DNA of 32,000 nt. Source: Candidatus Electronema halotolerans. Lineage in GTDB: Bacteria > Desulfobacterota > Desulfobulbia > Desulfobulbales > Desulfobulbaceae. The stretch is taken from the NCBI GenBank assembly GCA_942493095.1, contig OW818675.1:2790001-2822000 (forward strand). Reading direction: 5' to 3'. The position numbers and the translations under genes were made by a program. This document shows, piece after piece, positions 8,842-19,470 of the stretch. A model generated the notes under the pieces. The model worked only from the letters and a program-made list of their open reading frames with translations, made no database searches and had not been told where the DNA came from. Each line of letters opens with the position of its first letter. Within the stretch, counting starts at the first letter, position 1.

Positions 8842-8871
8842 AGTATAGAGGCTGGCCTGATGATTTTGCAA
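8842..8871 (-). promoter_or_regulatory. Putative sigma70 promoter of the glycan operon
   Basis: On the minus strand: TTGCAA (8866-8871), an 18-nt spacer, then TATACT (8842-8847). An AGGAG lies upstream of the GTG at 8807. It sits in the 96-nt gap after der. Confidence 0.4.
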
Positions 8872-8903
8872 GAAATTTTTTGCCATTTGTTGTTGACGCA
8901 GCA

Positions 8904-10241
8904 TCAGCCCTTATCCCTGCCACTCCGCTCGCGGAAAAAGAGGCGCAGCGGCACTCGGTCTAAGCCAAGTCCTTCCCGGAAGCGATTGGTGAGATAGCGC
9001 TGATAGGAAAAGTGAATGCCTTTGGGCTGATTGGCAATCACAGCAAAAGTGGGCGGGGCGGTGCTGATCTGGGCTGTGTAGTAGAGTTTCAGGCGGCGGC
9101 CCTGATACATGGGCGGCTCATGCTTGGCTTTGGCCTCCTCCAAGAGCCGGTTGAGAGCCGCAGTGGGGAACCGCTGGGTGAACTGGCGATGGATTTTGCC
9201 GATTTCCGGGAAAAGCCGCTTGATGCCTGCGCCGGTCTTGGCCGAGACCTTGAAAATAGGAACAAAAGGAATGAAGTTGGTTGCCAGTCGCACTTTCTCC
9301 AAGAGCTGCTCCTGCCGTTTCTTGTCACCCTCAAGCAAGTCCCATTTGTTGAGCAGAATCAGCAAGGCGCGGCCCTGCTCCTGGGTATAGCCGATGATCT
9401 TGGTGTCCTGCTCGGCAATGCCCTCGTCTGCGTCAATCAGGACAACTGCTATGTCGCAGCGGCTCAGGGAATGCAGGGCCTTGAGCACGGAGAATTTTTC
9501 CAGCTTGTCGGTGGTCTTGCCCTTGCGCCGGATGCCGGCAGTGTCGATGAGCAGGTAGCTGTGCTGCCCGGCGGTCAGCAGGGTGTCAACGGCATCGCGG
9601 GTGGTGCCGGCCACATCTGAGACCATCATCCGCTCCTGACCCATGATGGCGTTGATCATCGAGGACTTGCCCACATTCGGACGGCCCAGAAAGGCCAGCC
9701 GGACTGTGCCTTCGGGCAGCTCTGCCGGAGTAGCGGTTTTGTCCAATTTTTCCGCCAAGGCTTGCATCAGGGTGTTGAAACCGTAGCCGTGATCTGCGGA
9801 TAAGGCCCAGAGCTGCTCCACGCCCAGCTCCCAGAAAGGCGTGAGCAGCTCGGTTTCAATATCTGGCGAATCAATCTTGTTGACCGCGAAAAAAACAGTC
9901 TTGTCGGTGCGCCGAAGCAGGTCTGCCAGCTCATGGTCGCCGGGCATCACGCCTTGGCGGCCATCAAGCAGGAGAATGATGATGTCCGCCTCCTCCAGAG
10001 CCTGCATGGCCTGGCTGCGGATATGACTGCTGAACTCGTCCCCGTCCTCCTCAATGCCGCCGGTGTCAACCAGCATGAAGGAACGCTCCTCCCACTGGGC
10101 GCGGGCATAGTGCCGGTCGCGGGTCACGCCGGGCAGAGAGTCAACCAGCGCGTCGCGGCTGCGGGTGATGCGGTTGAACAGGGTGGATTTGCCCACATTG
10201 GGGCGGCCCAGCAGGGCGACTAAGGGACAGGCAGTATTCAC
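8904..10241 (-). CDS. der: Ribosome-biogenesis GTPase Der (EngA)
   Basis: The 445-aa ORF has two tandem G domains, each with GRPNVGKS(T/S), DT(G/A)G and NK(I/W)D motifs. A C-terminal KH-like domain follows (YYTAQISTAPPTF..., RFREGLGLDRVPLRLFFRER). Confidence 0.95.
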   Translation of the reverse strand: MNTACPLVALLGRPNVGKSTLFNRITRSRDALVDSLPGVTRDRHYARAQWEERSFMLVDTGGIEEDGDEFSSHIRSQAMQALEEADIIILLLDGRQGVMPGDHELADLLRRTDKTVFFAVNKIDSPDIETELLTPFWELGVEQLWALSADHGYGFNTLMQALAEKLDKTATPAELPEGTVRLAFLGRPNVGKSSMINAIMGQERMMVSDVAGTTRDAVDTLLTAGQHSYLLIDTAGIRRKGKTTDKLEKFSVLKALHSLSRCDIAVVLIDADEGIAEQDTKIIGYTQEQGRALLILLNKWDLLEGDKKRQEQLLEKVRLATNFIPFVPIFKVSAKTGAGIKRLFPEIGKIHRQFTQRFPTAALNRLLEEAKAKHEPPMYQGRRLKLYYTAQISTAPPTFAVIANQPKGIHFSYQRYLTNRFREGLGLDRVPLRLFFRERSGRDKG

Positions 10242-10300
10242 GATTTCAGAGAAAGGAAGATTCTTGCGGGCTGATTGCGCGCATCAGTTGCGGATTTGCA

Positions 10301-10329
10301 AAGATACCCGCTTGGCGGAAATTTGGCAA
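10301..10329 (-). promoter_or_regulatory. Possible sigma70 promoter for der
   Basis: On the minus strand: TTGCCA (10324-10329), a 17-nt spacer, then TATCTT (10301-10306), about 55 nt upstream of the der start. Based on sequence pattern only. Confidence 0.3.
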
Positions 10330-10386
10330 GCAGGCTTCCTGCCCGCCCCTCGGCTTAATGCGGATGCACGCTCCGAGTCTGCTGTC

Positions 10387-12462
<2,076 letters not shown>

Positions 12463-12744
12463 TCAGCTCTGAATTATCAATAAAGCACGCTTGGGTGCTC
12501 AGGCTGCCGCCGTTACTATATATGCAGTTTAAAACGTTGTACAGAGGAATCGGCATGTCCTGCTGGCTGCAGAACTGCTTCAGCGCAGTGGAATTGACAA
12601 GGACGGCTGCTGGTCCTTGCCAAGCGCATTGAGCAGGCCGCGTGTGCTGCCTACCGCGAGGAGCTTACCCTGTATCGGCGAATGCCTCAGATTGCCTGCT
12701 GCTGACTTGCAGAATACGTACCTCCTTTGCTGTTTGTCCTGATC

Positions 12745-12752
12745 ACCGACAT
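12745..12752. repeat. Target-site duplication ACCGACAT, left of IS copy 1
   Basis: Identical 8-mer at 14239-14246, immediately outside the other IS end. Confidence 0.85.
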
Positions 12753-14238
12753 GTAACTGATCACAGGGTGTCTCTAAAAAACACTGGCGCTTGGCATCGC
12801 AACTGGATAAATTGTGAGCAGTAATTTTTTCCGCAGGAGAAAGCTGTGACCGCCCCGTTCCATTGTGAAAATTTTGAGATAAGCGAGGAAGACCTTGCCG
12901 CTACACCTCCTGCGGTGCGGAAGCTGCTGTCTTTTTTGATCGCTGAGGTAACGCGGCTGAGAAAACGGGTCGAAGAGCTTGAGGCGAAACTCGGCGAAGA
13001 TTCCTCGAACTCGAACAGGCCGCCTTCTTCCGACTCTCCGTTTACAGAAAAACGGCAGAGAGATCAGGCGGGGAAGCCCCGGAAAAAGCGGCGTGGATAT
13101 CGTCAGGAGCTGATGCCGCCGACAGAAACGCAAAAAATGTATCCTTCCGCCTGCTCCTGCGGTTGCGGCAAATTCAAAAACATACGGTCATATTATACGC
13201 ATCAGCATATTGAACTGCCGGAAATCGTGATGCAGGTCAGGCATTTCCTTCTTTATAAAGGGGAATGCGCCGCCTGCGGCAAAACCGTCAGAGGCTGTGT
13301 TCCCGATGAATTCAGAACCGGTTTCGGGGCGCGGTTCACCGCGCTGGTTGCCGAACTGAGCGGCATGGACGGCAGCAGCCGGGGAACTGTGCGGAAGTTC
13401 ATCCGTTCCGTGCTCGGCGTTCATATCAGTGCCGGGGCGGTGCAGAAGATCATTGACAGGGCTTCGGCGGCTGTCGCGCCGCACTATGAGGCCATTTGGG
13501 CTGCCGTCACAAGCGGGGATGTCGGGCATATTGATGAAACGACGTGGAAAACTGGCGGCAGACTGCGCTGGTTATGGGTTATGGCGAACCGGCAGGCCGC
13601 GTTCTTCATGATTCATCCGAAACGCTCTAAGGAAGCCTTTGAAGAACTGATCGGTGCTTGGAACGGTATTCTCATCAGCGACGGATACAACGTGTACCAA
13701 AAATGGGTCGGCAAGCGGCAGACTTGCCTCGCGCATCTTATCCGCCGGGCAGACGGCCTTGCGGAGCGCGCTGACCCTGAACTGGCCGCCTGCGGCAAAT
13801 GGGCCGCTGCGGAACTGCGGCGGCTCTGCCGCATGGCGAAAGACCCGCCGACCAAAGGTGAATGGTCCGCATTTTATGCCCGGCTCTGCCGACTTATCCT
13901 ACGCTGGCGCGATTGCGACAGTGATGCGGGGAGGTTTGTCCGTCATATTGACAAGGAAATGGAGGCGTTGTTCACTTTCTTGCTCGAAGAAGGCGTAGAG
14001 CCGACAAATAATCCAGCGGAACGGATGCTCCGCTTCGGCGTGCTGTGGCGCAAACGGAGTCAGGGCACTGACAGCGACAAGGGAAACCGCTGGGTTGAAC
14101 GAATCCTTTCCCTCCGGCAGACATGCCTGCTTCGGGGAAAATCCACTTTCGAGGTGCTCACCGAGGCCATGCGCTGCTATTTCAGAGGACAGATGCCGGA
14201 TTTAAGCTGGGTCTGAGCGGTACCCTGTGATCGCTTAC
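12753..14238 (+). mobile_element. IS66-family insertion sequence, single-ORF (ISBst12-like) type, copy 1 (1486 bp)
   Basis: The terminal inverted repeats are GTAACTGATCACAGGGTGTC (12753-) and, at the other end read as its reverse complement, GTAAGCGATCACAGGGTACC (-14238). An 8-bp direct repeat flanks it, as is usual for IS66 elements. It carries one transposase ORF. A second copy lies at 19471-20956. Confidence 0.9.
12846..14216 (+). CDS. IS66-family transposase (TnpC-type)
   Basis: The 456-aa ORF has a GTG start 6 nt after AGGAGA. It has an N-terminal leucine-zipper-like helix (LIAEVTRLRKRVEELEAKL), a Cys cluster (CSCGCGKF...CAACGK) and a DDE-type core (HIDETTW..., ISDGYNVY..., NPAERMLR). 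The predicted protein is identical to that of the ORF at 19493-20863. Confidence 0.9.
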   Translation: MTAPFHCENFEISEEDLAATPPAVRKLLSFLIAEVTRLRKRVEELEAKLGEDSSNSNRPPSSDSPFTEKRQRDQAGKPRKKRRGYRQELMPPTETQKMYPSACSCGCGKFKNIRSYYTHQHIELPEIVMQVRHFLLYKGECAACGKTVRGCVPDEFRTGFGARFTALVAELSGMDGSSRGTVRKFIRSVLGVHISAGAVQKIIDRASAAVAPHYEAIWAAVTSGDVGHIDETTWKTGGRLRWLWVMANRQAAFFMIHPKRSKEAFEELIGAWNGILISDGYNVYQKWVGKRQTCLAHLIRRADGLAERADPELAACGKWAAAELRRLCRMAKDPPTKGEWSAFYARLCRLILRWRDCDSDAGRFVRHIDKEMEALFTFLLEEGVEPTNNPAERMLRFGVLWRKRSQGTDSDKGNRWVERILSLRQTCLLRGKSTFEVLTEAMRCYFRGQMPDLSWV

Positions 14239-16844
14239 ACCGACATTGACCGGACAAGCGGGACAAAAGCCTTCTGGATGATTTCGTATGCCTGCGCAGT
14301 TGCCAGCACAAGCCAGCCTTCGGCACAGACATCGCCTGGAAATCGGTTATGTCGGTGAATGGAACCGTCCTGCCACCAGAGACTTTGCACCATCGGAGAA
14401 CCTTCAGCGTCCTCCCAACTGAAAAGGCCGGTCTTGCTGGATTTCCAGCCCAATCCTAAAGCCAGTTCAGGGTTAAAGGCCAGCCATTCCTGGCTGCCAA
14501 TTTCACGTGCGCGAGGACTTCCAAAAACAGCAACGGCTCGAACAAACTGCATGTGTAAATGCGGATACTCTTCAGCAGTCCACCAGTGTTCAGTCGGAAA
14601 AAAAGAGGGTGCATTGATTGGAGTGTCAAACAACCGCTTATCTGGATGAGCTAACATGCTGAAGCGATATTCAAATTGCTTGTCGTCATCCATCTGGCGA
14701 ATTTGTGTCAGTTCAGCCAATGCTATCAGACCATTTTCTTTGATCTGCTCAGGCATTAAAGCATAGCCATCCGTGCAGCAGCTCGGCCAGTCCTGCTCCC
14801 GAATTTCCTCCTTTCCTGGCAGCAAAATTTCGTTTGGACGCAAAGAAGGACGCTGGCAGGACATCACTTTGTCATTACCTCTGGTCAGCTGGATGAGGAA
14901 TGCCGCATCTTGGCCGCTCAGTTTTTCCGCATCAATTAGCTCGGCAATAACATGGCGCAGGGCTTTTAATGCCTGCTGTGGCCGCAGACGATAATTGACA
15001 AGTTTCAGTTCCGCCGCTTCCAGCCAGTTTCTCATATTTTCTTCAGCCTGTTTGTTCCATTCTTCCTGCGAAGAGAGGCTTTTCATTAAGATGGCAGCAC
15101 GGGCAATCAGATTTTGCAATGGAATGTCGGATGCTTTACTCATCAGGTCAAACAGATAATCAAACGGACGAATCATGTCCAAGGAATCATTCGTATCCGG
15201 GAAGGAACCGCCTTGCGGCAGAGCCTCAAAGGGAACAGCTTCCTCTTGAGTGGGAAAATCTGGCAGCTCCCAGGTGTAGGTGGGCGGCAACGCCGTAAAC
15301 GCGGGCAGAGCAAAGGGCAAATTCAAGGCTTGTGCCAACTGCACCGCCATTGCTCGGATAGTCATATTCGGAGAACTGATCAATGTTTTGAATTCAGCAG
15401 CAAACTCGGCAAGGTATTCCGGTCGTTGTTCCAAAATGGTTTCACAGACCGCCAAGGCATGACGTGCCTCGCTTTCACTGCCAGTCAGCAAATTGCGCAG
15501 TAACTGACTTGATGCGACATCGTATGCAGGAGCGAGACATATCCTGTGCAAGGCGAGATGCGCTTCGGTGCGGATTTCAGGAACCTCAATCTTCATTGCG
15601 TCTGCAACGAGCTGAAGCAGGACGGTCTGCCATGAAGAAATGTTTTCCAACACAGGCGGCGGCATCTCTTCAGAAAGAGAGAACTCGTGGAGCTGGTAAA
15701 CATGTTCTCGAATTTCCTGCCAGATTTTATCAAGTGGTGGGAATGCAAACAGGACTGGAAAAAAATCATCAATGCCTTCTACATATCTTCTTGGCCAATG
15801 CCAGTGGGCAATATAGTCTTTGACGAAACGTTGAAAGGCGTATTTACGGCCTTCTTCACCATCAAACTTGATCATTGCCAGCATCAACTTCAGTCGGATT
15901 CCTCCATCGAAATCTCGGTCCCATCCTCGCGGGTCTGAGCGTTCAGCCAGCTCCTTTAGGAATGCCCGGCCTTCTTTTTCATGGCCCAATGCCTTCAGAC
16001 GCTCTGCCAGCAACATTTCCACCAGAAGATTGCCCTTCAGCGTATCGCGCAACTGCCCAATTTGCGTATAATTGATCGTTTCAGAAATCTTTTCTACGGC
16101 TTCTTCCCAACGAAAATACTTCTGTTCTTCAATTTGATTGATAAAACTCAGAAGAGAGTTGCCGGATGTGATGCGCAACAGGACATCTTTTCTCCTTAGC
16201 TCTTCTCCGTTTTTCAAGCGGATCGCAATATCGTGATCATAGGTTTCCTCTTTGTCGTCCTGCACCACCTTTTCGCAGAAACGTTCAGCATCAATACCAG
16301 CAGCCTGCAAACCTTTGGCAATGCCGCGCCACCACCCGGCCCGATGCGAAGGGAATATCTTGGTGGCAACGGTTTGTTCGAGGTACTCAAGCAGCATCTG
16401 AGCTTCAGTTTCGGAATTCCTTGTGCTGATTGCCTGCGCAAGCACTGCCGGGAGTTTGTCGGGAACGCTATTGGAAAAAGGCAGCAGCAGGTGACAGGCA
16501 AGGATGCAGACCATCTCAATAGAAGCATCGGAAGATGAAGCAGCCGCAGTCAATATGCCGCTTAACGCATCCTCGTAAGCAATGCTGTGCTGATCCAAAA
16601 GCCAGTTTTTGAGCTGCACGGCATAGTCCGGCTGCCATTGTGCGACCAAAGTTATCAGATCAACAGCGGCATCACGGATTCCTCGGCCTCTGTACGTTGT
16701 TACAAAGGTCACAAGAGCAGCAGCAAACCTGCGGATATCCTCTTCTACCAACTCAGGATGTGCCGCCGCAGTCTTTGCCAGCAGATCGACCCAAAAGGAA
16801 AACTGGTAGTCTTTGTCGTAAACCACACCAAAGCTGTTCTGCAA
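14235..16844 (-). CDS. Helical-repeat (HEAT/TPR-like) C-terminal portion of the disrupted STAND gene, or a separate partner ORF; 3' end clipped by IS copy 1
   Basis: The 869-aa ORF uses a TTG 'start' with no SD. It is in the same frame as the upstream ORF and separated from it only by a TAG plus 38 sense codons. Its stop (14235-14237) lies inside the IS terminus. Removing the IS extends the frame by 19 codons to a TGA at 12687-12689. Confidence 0.6.
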   Translation of the reverse strand: MQNSFGVVYDKDYQFSFWVDLLAKTAAAHPELVEEDIRRFAAALVTFVTTYRGRGIRDAAVDLITLVAQWQPDYAVQLKNWLLDQHSIAYEDALSGILTAAASSSDASIEMVCILACHLLLPFSNSVPDKLPAVLAQAISTRNSETEAQMLLEYLEQTVATKIFPSHRAGWWRGIAKGLQAAGIDAERFCEKVVQDDKEETYDHDIAIRLKNGEELRRKDVLLRITSGNSLLSFINQIEEQKYFRWEEAVEKISETINYTQIGQLRDTLKGNLLVEMLLAERLKALGHEKEGRAFLKELAERSDPRGWDRDFDGGIRLKLMLAMIKFDGEEGRKYAFQRFVKDYIAHWHWPRRYVEGIDDFFPVLFAFPPLDKIWQEIREHVYQLHEFSLSEEMPPPVLENISSWQTVLLQLVADAMKIEVPEIRTEAHLALHRICLAPAYDVASSQLLRNLLTGSESEARHALAVCETILEQRPEYLAEFAAEFKTLISSPNMTIRAMAVQLAQALNLPFALPAFTALPPTYTWELPDFPTQEEAVPFEALPQGGSFPDTNDSLDMIRPFDYLFDLMSKASDIPLQNLIARAAILMKSLSSQEEWNKQAEENMRNWLEAAELKLVNYRLRPQQALKALRHVIAELIDAEKLSGQDAAFLIQLTRGNDKVMSCQRPSLRPNEILLPGKEEIREQDWPSCCTDGYALMPEQIKENGLIALAELTQIRQMDDDKQFEYRFSMLAHPDKRLFDTPINAPSFFPTEHWWTAEEYPHLHMQFVRAVAVFGSPRAREIGSQEWLAFNPELALGLGWKSSKTGLFSWEDAEGSPMVQSLWWQDGSIHRHNRFPGDVCAEGWLVLATAQAYEIIQKAFVPLVRSMSV
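14239..14246. repeat. Target-site duplication ACCGACAT, right of IS copy 1
   Basis: Matches 12745-12752. Confidence 0.85.
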
Positions 16845-16958
16845 AATCTTCGGAAAGAGCGTCTTTGCCCTTTCCCGCTGTCCCGCCTCCAGCCAAGCAA
16901 AAATTTGCTCTGCATATTCTGAGGCTAGGGTGCCGACATCGTCCCAAACACCATAACG

Positions 16959-19343
16959 CTATTCAATTCGATCCAGATGCCCTTGTAGATTTTCCTTTGA
17001 ACACCCCTGACGGAACAGCTCCAAGGCTATTTTTCGTTGCAGCCGGGGTTGCCAGTATTGAGGCTGCTCCTGCCAGAGTCGGTCAAATTCCGCTTCCAAT
17101 GCCTGAACTGCTGCCGGACCATGTTCGGCAACAGCACGAATGAGGAACGAAAAGAACTCGCTGGCCAATCGTTCATAGGCAAACCAGGAATGCCATTGCC
17201 GAGTATCCTGCCGCCTGCGATAGTACAAACGCAAAGCGGGCTGCAATTCGTGCAGAAGCATAGTCGGGGGCAATAGCTCGCCAGCCCAAGCCCTGCCCCA
17301 GATATTGGCGATGATAACCAAGCAGCGTTCAAACAGAACAGCACCATGCTCTTGCACCTTGTCATCAGGCACTGCCTGCACCGGGTCTTCAGGCCGACCA
17401 AGCATTGCCAGCAAGCGGTTGAGACGGATACGAGCAAAAAAAGGTGTGAGTCTGCCGTCATTTCCGTGCATGACACCAGCAAGAGTCAGCCTAGGCTGTC
17501 GGATACTTGCTATTGTTTCGGCTACCGTCTCTTTATCCTTGCGGATATGATAAATAAATTGAGAAATCAGTAGCTTGGTGTCATCATCATGCTCTGGTGT
17601 TGTTTGTTCCTCTAAGATGCGGGTAAGTGCTTCCTTGGCATTATCGGAATCAGGACGGAAAGAGCATATCCAGAAATCCAGTTTACGCAGGAGCCATTGA
17701 CTCTCTTCACGTCTCTTGAGCTGTTCTTTCAGTTGGGAAAGTTTATCGGCATCATTGCTGTTAAAGACAGCATAGGTCAGTTTCTCAAGCACGTTCTGCC
17801 TGAGTTCCTCATGCAAAGAATCAGAATCAGCAGCGTCATGGGGCTGCATATAATGTGTGTCAGCCCGAAGCTGCGTTATGATTTGCAGCAGATTATCCAG
17901 CGGACGAAAATAGTGAGCAATTTTTATCCAAGAGTCCAGAGTGTCCTTGTTTCCATTGATATGACCAATTTCCGTTGAGCCATTGAGCAGATCAAGCGGT
18001 TCGGCTGCATTGAACACTGACTCTGCCGCCCGCAGTTCGCCTTTTTCGATGAGCAGCGCGGCGAAATCAAGGGCATCTTTTGCAGCAATCCGCAACTGAT
18101 TCCCGTCCATGACAAAATGCAGAGCCTCATCCAAACCGCGAAGCTCAAGGAGCAGCCTTGGCAAATTCACGTCAGAGGAATCAATACACTCTTTTCGGTC
18201 GCTCAACTCTTTTTCAATCAGCAGGGCGCGGATGATTGCCAATCCGTCATACTGCTTACGGGCCGCATCAAAACAGAGCTTGATATCCTCAAAAATGGCC
18301 GTTGCAGGTCTGAGGCGCATGAACTGATCGCGGAAATGCTGCTGGGTGCCGAGCCGAAGAACAGCCTCCCATTCTTCCGCCTTTGCCCGATGGTACAGCT
18401 CTTCCCATGCCCAAAAAATTTCTGAAGAAGCCGCGAATTCAGCAAGACGGCGATGATATTCCCTGTCTTTTTCCGCATCCTCGTCACCAAAAATATTGCG
18501 CCGGGTTTGTGCAAGGATGAACTGGCGGAAGCTGTTGTGAAAGAAATGCCAACGGGTTTCTGTCTCTTCACGAAAATAATGGCGGGCATGTCGCAGCAAA
18601 TCCTTGATGACAGGCTCTCCCATCCGCCCCAGCCATTCCTTCGGATTGAACGGCCCTCTCAGTCTCGCCAACAGGGCAAGCAGGTCTTTCAGTTCCTCAT
18701 TATTCTCAAGCTGCTCCCAGTAAATACGATAAGTTGCCTCTATGTTCTCATGATAAGGAACCGTGTCGGCAAGAACGGCATCAATTTTTTCTTCAGCGGT
18801 ATTGCGAAGACGTTCCAGTAAATAGCGAAGTGTCAGCGGATGCCCGTTGACAAGCTGATGCACTGTTTCCTGCTGTGCCGAACTGAGCTGCACCGGCAAG
18901 CGGGATGCGCTAATGATGGCGGCCACAGCCTGTCTGGGCAACGGCTGCATGGTGAGCGTCCGCCCTGTTTGTTCGACTTGCTGCCGAATGCGGGAAGGGA
19001 AATCCGCAAGCTGCAAGGTCTGGCTGCCAAGGATCAGCAGCACTCCTTCAGGGAGATTGTCCGGTGACGGCAGCTCATTGAGCAGGCTTCTGACCGGCCT
19101 TTGCTCCCGTGCAATATGATCAAGCCCGTCAATAACGAGCAGAGTCATGATCTTGTCCTGCTGCCATTGTTCGTGCAGGCTCCTCAATTGTGCAGAGAAT
19201 GCTTCCCGAAATTCCTCCAGTGTCTTCGGCTGGGAGGGCTTCCCGGTTTGGGCGTAAATTTCCTGTCGCTGCAAGGCCAGATGCAGGTCGTGCAGAAAAG
19301 AAACAGCTTCGCCTCTGCCTTCCTGCCCGATGCTTTCCGGCAC
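16959..19343 (-). CDS. Central fragment of the disrupted STAND NTPase (Walker B to helical sensor region); lacks its P-loop because of IS copy 2
   Basis: The 794-aa ORF starts at an internal GTG. It contains TLLVIDGLDH (Walker B), LLILGSQ, and GHPLTLRYL (GxP motif of NACHT/NB-ARC-type STAND ATPases), followed by long alpha-helical repeats. The frame stays open upstream to the IS boundary, where it encodes GPPGTGKST. Confidence 0.7.
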   Translation of the reverse strand: MPESIGQEGRGEAVSFLHDLHLALQRQEIYAQTGKPSQPKTLEEFREAFSAQLRSLHEQWQQDKIMTLLVIDGLDHIAREQRPVRSLLNELPSPDNLPEGVLLILGSQTLQLADFPSRIRQQVEQTGRTLTMQPLPRQAVAAIISASRLPVQLSSAQQETVHQLVNGHPLTLRYLLERLRNTAEEKIDAVLADTVPYHENIEATYRIYWEQLENNEELKDLLALLARLRGPFNPKEWLGRMGEPVIKDLLRHARHYFREETETRWHFFHNSFRQFILAQTRRNIFGDEDAEKDREYHRRLAEFAASSEIFWAWEELYHRAKAEEWEAVLRLGTQQHFRDQFMRLRPATAIFEDIKLCFDAARKQYDGLAIIRALLIEKELSDRKECIDSSDVNLPRLLLELRGLDEALHFVMDGNQLRIAAKDALDFAALLIEKGELRAAESVFNAAEPLDLLNGSTEIGHINGNKDTLDSWIKIAHYFRPLDNLLQIITQLRADTHYMQPHDAADSDSLHEELRQNVLEKLTYAVFNSNDADKLSQLKEQLKRREESQWLLRKLDFWICSFRPDSDNAKEALTRILEEQTTPEHDDDTKLLISQFIYHIRKDKETVAETIASIRQPRLTLAGVMHGNDGRLTPFFARIRLNRLLAMLGRPEDPVQAVPDDKVQEHGAVLFERCLVIIANIWGRAWAGELLPPTMLLHELQPALRLYYRRRQDTRQWHSWFAYERLASEFFSFLIRAVAEHGPAAVQALEAEFDRLWQEQPQYWQPRLQRKIALELFRQGCSKENLQGHLDRIE

Positions 19344-19462
19344 GTAAGCGTAGTAACGAATAATTTTGTAGCCGGGGCGATAGCGGAAGGTCTGCGTCAG
19401 GGTGGTGGATTTTCCGGTTCCCGGCGGGCCGATCAGGGCCAGATAGCCGGAGTTGAACTGTG

Positions 19463-19470
19463 CCGCAGCC
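19463..19470. repeat. Target-site duplication CCGCAGCC, left of IS copy 2
   Basis: Identical 8-mer at 20957-20964. Confidence 0.85.

Noticed and set aside
10313-10328. Sigma54-like element TGGCGG-N5-TTGGCA on the plus strand, with correct GG/GC spacing.
   Set aside because: It points into the 3' end of a minus-strand gene with no plus-strand gene downstream. The same bases are better explained as the -35 region of a minus-strand sigma70-type promoter for der.
12540-12690. Short coding-looking fragments between the HAD gene and the IS, for example a plus-frame ...QGRLLVLAKRIEQAACAAYREELTLYRRMPQIACC stop. Also a GTAAGC... string reminiscent of an IS66 end.
   Set aside because: The fragments are 35 aa or shorter, with no start and no recognisable motif. 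The GTAAGC similarity to the IS terminus does not extend beyond 6 nt. They could be a gene remnant, but that cannot be supported from sequence alone.
16959-16961. TAG recoding (for example pyrrolysine or a suppressor) as the explanation for the in-frame amber codon.
   Set aside because: TAG also appears to terminate the pentapeptide-repeat gene normally (2885-2887). No pyl genes or suppressor tRNA are visible in the window. The surrounding gene is already wrecked by two IS elements, so a nonsense mutation is the simpler reading.
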